In this document: positions 59,855-64,000 of the stretch, piece by piece
Layout of the letters: each line of letters opens with the position of its first letter
Position numbering within the stretch: the stretch's first letter is position 1
Virus record (IMG/VR): IMGVR_UViG_3300040801_002121
Length of the DNA stretch: 64,000 bases
Strand: one strand, 5' to 3'
Source of the DNA: a virus
Position numbers and translations under genes: made by a program
The notes under the pieces: generated by a model
Databases searched by the model: none
The model's input: only the letters and a program-made list of their open reading frames with translations
Told to the model about the DNA's origin: nothing

Positions 59855-61339
59855 TCATTTCCCCTCGAATTTGTCCCGGAACTCAGCCGACCGGAGCCGC
59901 ACTTCCTCCCATGATTGTTGGTTGTGAAGTTGGCCATTCTCATAAACGAGATTCAGCCAGTCGGCTTGGCCCTCCCATGGGTCAATTCCCAGACCCGTAT
60001 TGTCGGAGTAGGTTAGCAAGGTGCCTCCGGGCTCTGGTTGGACGACCTTGAACCGACCGGCTTTGGAAGCCTTGCTGGGATCGGTTGCCACAGTCTTTTG
60101 AACAGCCATAGTCGAACCCGCGATAGTGACTTCGCTCGTTTTCATGGCAAAGCGGTGCGTATCTCGCTCAGCTTGGTGAACGAGCAATCCGCCGCCTGAT
60201 CCGAAGACGAGATTGTCCATCGACCATGTGTGGTAGGCGGCACGAGCCATGATGCGCCGCAGCGAATCTTCATTGATGCCATCGCCTTGGATGACCCGGA
60301 CGTAATCAGGCAAGACCCGGTAGCCCTTGTCATTCGTTTGAGTTCCGACAAGCTTACCTGCCAGTTCCAGCACGTGGATGACGTTGACGATTGGATCACC
60401 TGAGTCTGGGCGCAGGACGACGCGCATGTTCGATTGCTTGAGCCGATCGAGCAAACCGCCCTCGCTCTCAGGACTGAGCCACATCTTAATCGCTTCGTCC
60501 TGATCATAGGTATCGATGACGACCGAGACAGGGAAGCGAGAACCGTCAGGCATCGCCTTATCGCCATGAATGGCCAGAATACGCTCAAAGAACGCTTTCT
60601 CGTTGTCACGTCCCCACGACGTTGTGACGGAGTGCTCGGTCGCAGGGATCGAGAAGCCGGGCATACTATCGGTTGGATAGGCGTGTTTGGCGAAACGGAT
60701 TCCCATCAGGTTGTCGGTCACTTGGAAGTTGACGAGGTGTGCCATACCTCCGAGAGCCGCAGCCTCGGTCGAGTGAGCGCCGCGTGCGCCGAAATCAACG
60801 AGTGCAAAGTCAGCCGGAGCTTCCCCAGTCTCGGTGTAATAGTGGTTCATCATCTTCCACCAGCGCAGCGAGCGCGTCGCAATCGTTGTTGGGTAGTGAA
60901 CGGCCCGCAGCAGCATGGTCTCGACGTAAGCCGCCATGCCTGCCAGTTCAGGGTCCGTGGATTCCACGGTGACAAGGACGCAGCCTTGTCCCACCACCAC
61001 ACCTTCTGGAAGCGCACGGACACGGACTGGAATGTATCCATTGTGGACATCAACAACCCGTTCCCACGCCGTGCGGTTGAACGGAATGCCGTGGGCGGTA
61101 AGTTCCACTTCGGCCTCGTCGATCATAGCGAGCGTCACTTGCTGCATGAGGAAGTAACGCAGCGCATATTGAAGGCCGAGAAACTGCACATACGAGAACT
61201 CGCCGCCGCGCCGTGCTTCGATGTAGCCGTAGCTGTTCTCGAAATCAGGATGCTCAAACGTCCAGTGCGTTGCCTTGTAGGTGTCCGCGTTAAGGATCGG
61301 CTGGGTGAGTAGATCACCAAGGGTATTAGCTGGTTGCAT
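59855..61339 (-). CDS. nadV: nicotinamide phosphoribosyltransferase (NAMPT/NadV)
   Basis: VDFGARGAHS and LRPDSGDP motifs; 494 aa. Confidence 0.85.
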   Translation of the reverse strand: MQPANTLGDLLTQPILNADTYKATHWTFEHPDFENSYGYIEARRGGEFSYVQFLGLQYALRYFLMQQVTLAMIDEAEVELTAHGIPFNRTAWERVVDVHNGYIPVRVRALPEGVVVGQGCVLVTVESTDPELAGMAAYVETMLLRAVHYPTTIATRSLRWWKMMNHYYTETGEAPADFALVDFGARGAHSTEAAALGGMAHLVNFQVTDNLMGIRFAKHAYPTDSMPGFSIPATEHSVTTSWGRDNEKAFFERILAIHGDKAMPDGSRFPVSVVIDTYDQDEAIKMWLSPESEGGLLDRLKQSNMRVVLRPDSGDPIVNVIHVLELAGKLVGTQTNDKGYRVLPDYVRVIQGDGINEDSLRRIMARAAYHTWSMDNLVFGSGGGLLVHQAERDTHRFAMKTSEVTIAGSTMAVQKTVATDPSKASKAGRFKVVQPEPGGTLLTYSDNTGLGIDPWEGQADWLNLVYENGQLHNQQSWEEVRLRSAEFRDKFEGK

Positions 61340-61350
61340 GGGCGTCCTCC

Positions 61351-62421
61351 TTACTGAATGTTGAGGGTGTCGGCGAAGTGCCGGATGATGAGATAGTGGT
61401 CTTCGAACATCATATCGCGAGTTACCTCATCGATGTTCCAACACCGCGCTTCCTTGGCGTCGTCTGAGCCGATGACTTCAAGACGCTTCTGACCGGGCAA
61501 AATCCCGCCATAAGCCATGCCAATGGTCCGCATCCGGGTCGAGCGCCACGGATTGTCGAGAAGCTTCGATCCCCGGATCGCGACCTTGATGTCGTCAATG
61601 TCCAGATCAGGGTTGCAATCGAGGATTGCCGTTTCTTCGGTAAATTCCCGGATCGCCGCCGCTTCGAAGCGCTCTTCGGGGTTGACGTGACCACCCGGTA
61701 ATGCCCACAGGCCTTTACCGGGAGCCTCGCCGCGCCGGACGAGAAACACGCCGCCTGCTTGAAACATGCACATGTCGGCCGTGATGTGGAAAGCAACGCC
61801 TTCACCGTGGTAGGGATGCGGTGGAAATTTCGCCGCTTCGCGCTGGTTGAACAGGAACTCTTCCTGCATCCGCTGAAACGCCATCGAGCCGACCCATTGC
61901 CGCAGGAAGACTTCGGAGCCCTTGGGCAGCCCCATCTTCTGGACAAGAGCGACACGCTCATCGGGGTCGTTGGTTTTGTAGAGCGTTTTGCGAATACCGG
62001 TCGAGGAGTAACCATCGCGCCAGTCCGACGTGTTGGTGCGCTCCCACTGGGGGAACAGCCGCAGATAGTAGCCCGAACTGTCCTTCGAGTGTCCGACCAG
62101 TGTGACGCTGGGATCATCGAGAGAAAGGCGTTTGGCTTCGCCCCGGACCTGTCGCTGGACTTCGGCCACCCACTTGAGATCGGAGTCCTGATCCTCGACA
62201 CCGAACAGGTAGACGCGATCATTCTCAAGCGCCGAGAGTGAGCCACGGACCATTTGCTTGACCTCATCGGCCGTGAACGGATTGCGGAAATTGATGGGCT
62301 CGTTGGCTGAGCCAATCATGACGAAGACATACTGGGCGACTTTTAGCGCCTCGTTGATATTGTGCAGGTGTTGCGGCCCGAACGGACGCGCCCGCATTGC
62401 AAAGACTGCGATGTCGAACAT
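61351..62421 (-). CDS. bifunctional NMN adenylyltransferase / Nudix ADP-ribose pyrophosphatase (NadM-Nudix type)
   Basis: N-terminal nucleotidyltransferase (RPFGPQHLHN, SSTGIRK). C-terminal Nudix box GGHVNPEERFEAAAIREFTEETA. Confidence 0.75.
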   Translation of the reverse strand: MFDIAVFAMRARPFGPQHLHNINEALKVAQYVFVMIGSANEPINFRNPFTADEVKQMVRGSLSALENDRVYLFGVEDQDSDLKWVAEVQRQVRGEAKRLSLDDPSVTLVGHSKDSSGYYLRLFPQWERTNTSDWRDGYSSTGIRKTLYKTNDPDERVALVQKMGLPKGSEVFLRQWVGSMAFQRMQEEFLFNQREAAKFPPHPYHGEGVAFHITADMCMFQAGGVFLVRRGEAPGKGLWALPGGHVNPEERFEAAAIREFTEETAILDCNPDLDIDDIKVAIRGSKLLDNPWRSTRMRTIGMAYGGILPGQKRLEVIGSDDAKEARCWNIDEVTRDMMFEDHYLIIRHFADTLNIQ

Positions 62422-62423
62422 AC

Positions 62424-62705
62424 TTACTCCTTTATTGGACGAGGATACACACCAGTCAGGCGTTTGAACTGTTCCACAACAGCCCCCTCAATTTGGTAAT
62501 GGGAGCCATCTTCGAAAAGAAATGACGCCCGATAATCGAATGTGAAGCCGGTCAGCCGAGCCCCCAGTTGTTGACCCAACCGGTCCCAGAAATCTCGATG
62601 ATGGGCGGTCATCCACCCGTCCTGCCAATCTTGAGACTGGAACTTGTCAAAAGGCAAGCCACGCTCCCACGCGTCATACCCTGCCCCTGTTTCTGTAGTG
62701 TTCAT
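62424..62705 (-). CDS. hypothetical protein
   Basis: 93-aa ORF, tightly packed. Confidence 0.55.
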   Translation of the reverse strand: MNTTETGAGYDAWERGLPFDKFQSQDWQDGWMTAHHRDFWDRLGQQLGARLTGFTFDYRASFLFEDGSHYQIEGAVVEQFKRLTGVYPRPIKE

Positions 62706-62709
62706 GGCC

Positions 62710-63114
62710 TTACTCGAACGGAATGAAGTTGATCTCGATGCCTAGCTTGTCGAGCTTGGCGGCGAGGGTGCGAAGCGCTTTAAGGGCTTCGTTGATGTGA
62801 GGCGGGCTGTCCTTGGTGGGCGGATGGGTGCGGTAGACGTTGATCCACGTCGTTTGTTCCACGCAAGCCCGAAGGATAGCTTCCTCAAGCTCGGTCCAGT
62901 CGCCTTCAAGTTTATGGCCGTAAGCCACCTCCCACAGGCCTCCAACAGCCTCAGCGATTGCCGGGCGCGTGTATCCCATCGCCATCAGGCCGAAGAGCGG
63001 ATCGGTAGGTTCTTCGACCTTGCGATCAATGTTGTCACCGACTTGAGCCAATCCCCACATCAGGGCCTCGGCTTCCTTGTCGTTCAAAGGTATATAGCCC
63101 AAAGCGGTATCCAT
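62710..63114 (-). CDS. hypothetical protein
   Basis: 134-aa ORF. Confidence 0.55.
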   Translation of the reverse strand: MDTALGYIPLNDKEAEALMWGLAQVGDNIDRKVEEPTDPLFGLMAMGYTRPAIAEAVGGLWEVAYGHKLEGDWTELEEAILRACVEQTTWINVYRTHPPTKDSPPHINEALKALRTLAAKLDKLGIEINFIPFE

Positions 63115-63115
63115 G

Positions 63116-63295
63116 TTATTTCTCCACGTGTTTGCGACGGAATTGCTTGATGATCACACCATTGGCGACGATCTGGCAATATGCCGTAGCGGGTGTTGCT
63201 CGAAGCAGCGCGTAGCGCGATCGGGCAGATGTTTCGTCGCTGTAAGTGACGGTGGTCGCTCCGGCAGCGTTCACGTCTGTGACTTGAAAACTCAT
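63116..63295 (-). CDS. hypothetical protein
   Basis: Start moved to MSFQVTDV (ATG 63295); ATGA coupling. Confidence 0.5.
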   Translation of the reverse strand: MSFQVTDVNAAGATTVTYSDETSARSRYALLRATPATAYCQIVANGVIIKQFRRKHVEK

Positions 63296-63504
63296 ACCGG
63301 GCCGCCTCCGTAATTGCAGCCCCAAAGGCAGTCGAGCTTGTTGGCGAGTGATGCCGCGACATCCTCGGCACGCTGGCGTGTCTCTACCTGCGTTGCCTTG
63401 CTGGCGTAACGAAACTTACGCTCAGGCTTGAGCTTGCCTTGGTCATCGTAGACCGTGATGAGTCCTTTGTCGTCGTCCTCAACATAGACATGATTGCGTT
63501 GCAT
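63292..63504 (-). CDS. hypothetical protein
   Basis: 70-aa ORF. Confidence 0.5.
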   Translation of the reverse strand: MQRNHVYVEDDDKGLITVYDDQGKLKPERKFRYASKATQVETRQRAEDVAASLANKLDCLWGCNYGGGPV

Positions 63505-63509
63505 GGTTG

Positions 63510-63842
63510 TTACTCCTTGATACCGAGCAGTCTGCGTTCCTCGGGCGATAGCTTAGCATACGCTGCTTTGCGTTTCTCCGCTTCGCGCTTGGGCAAATTA
63601 ACGCCCAGCGGATATGATACAGGCGATTCAAGCAAGAAGACCGCGTTTGGGTCTTTCTTATCCAGAATCAGTGCGTAGCGTTCGCTGATACGCCCCTCGC
63701 TTCCGAAGTAACCCTGCCCCTTGGCCATGTTTTCAGCTTCGGCAATACTTACAGTAACGCCAACCTTGGTGCCAGTGCGGCCTCGTTCGTCAACCACTGT
63801 TTCGACGAGATAGACCTTGATGATTGAATCTTTGTCAATCAT
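63510..63842 (-). CDS. hypothetical protein
   Basis: 110-aa ORF. Confidence 0.55.
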   Translation of the reverse strand: MIDKDSIIKVYLVETVVDERGRTGTKVGVTVSIAEAENMAKGQGYFGSEGRISERYALILDKKDPNAVFLLESPVSYPLGVNLPKREAEKRKAAYAKLSPEERRLLGIKE

Positions 63843-64000
63843 CCCAGCTTCTCCACGATCTCTCCGGCGCGACGGGCTGCGTCAGAGTATTGCTTCATAG
63901 TGCCAGAGGCTTCGAAGTGGATGTCACGCTCGACCTTGAGACCAAGCGGACCACGAACACCTTCGAGTTCGCTCAAGCTGACATAGCCAAGTTCCGGACT
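63839..64000 (-). CDS. 3' end of a gene continuing beyond the right window edge
   Basis: Frame is open from 64000 down to TGA at 63839-63841 (..GTMKQYSDAARRAGEIVEKLG*). ATGA coupling to the next gene. Confidence 0.5.
   Translation of the reverse strand, partial: SPELGYVSLSELEGVRGPLGLKVERDIHFEASGTMKQYSDAARRAGEIVEKLG

Overview
This window is a gene-dense segment of a large tailed-phage (Caudoviricetes) genome. The host is probably an alphaproteobacterium; I infer this only from a circularly permuted two-piece tmRNA whose tag reads ANDNDAEVRLAA.

Layout:
- 0-3.7 kb: LamG-domain virion proteins and a lysis cassette (amidase endolysin plus overlapped i-/o-spanins).
- 3.7-36.8 kb, mostly minus strand: nucleotide metabolism, replication and recombination. 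Includes ThyX, NAD-dependent ligase, class I RNR with glutaredoxin, two MazG-type pyrophosphatases, dNMP kinase, RecD-like and SNF2 helicases, Cas4-like and DnaQ-like exonucleases, family A DNA polymerase, dCMP deaminase, HD and metallo-phosphoesterases, an N6-MTase and rIIA/rIIB.
- 36.9-39 kb: small plus-strand genes, including a catalytic-domain-only tyrosine recombinase.
- 39.1-47.7 kb: an RNA island. It holds a ~1.4 kb ORF-free, promoter-driven, visibly ornate RNA with nested tRNA-shaped modules; 31 tRNA genes with assignable anticodons covering all 20 amino acids; several aberrant or oversized tRNA-shaped elements; the tmRNA; and a second ~0.37 kb ncRNA.
- 47.7-56 kb: HslV-like peptidase, AEP-primase/SF3-helicase, RtcB RNA ligase and membrane proteins.
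- 56-64 kb, minus strand: genes including NAMPT plus NadM-Nudix NAD salvage.

A sigma70-like promoter family with a conserved GCAATTTT element recurs throughout. I saw no rRNA, CRISPR array or transposase.

Limits: all calls were made by eye from the sequence and the ORF track, with no searches or folding programs. RNA coordinates are good to about +/- a few nt. Functional names rest on remembered family motifs.
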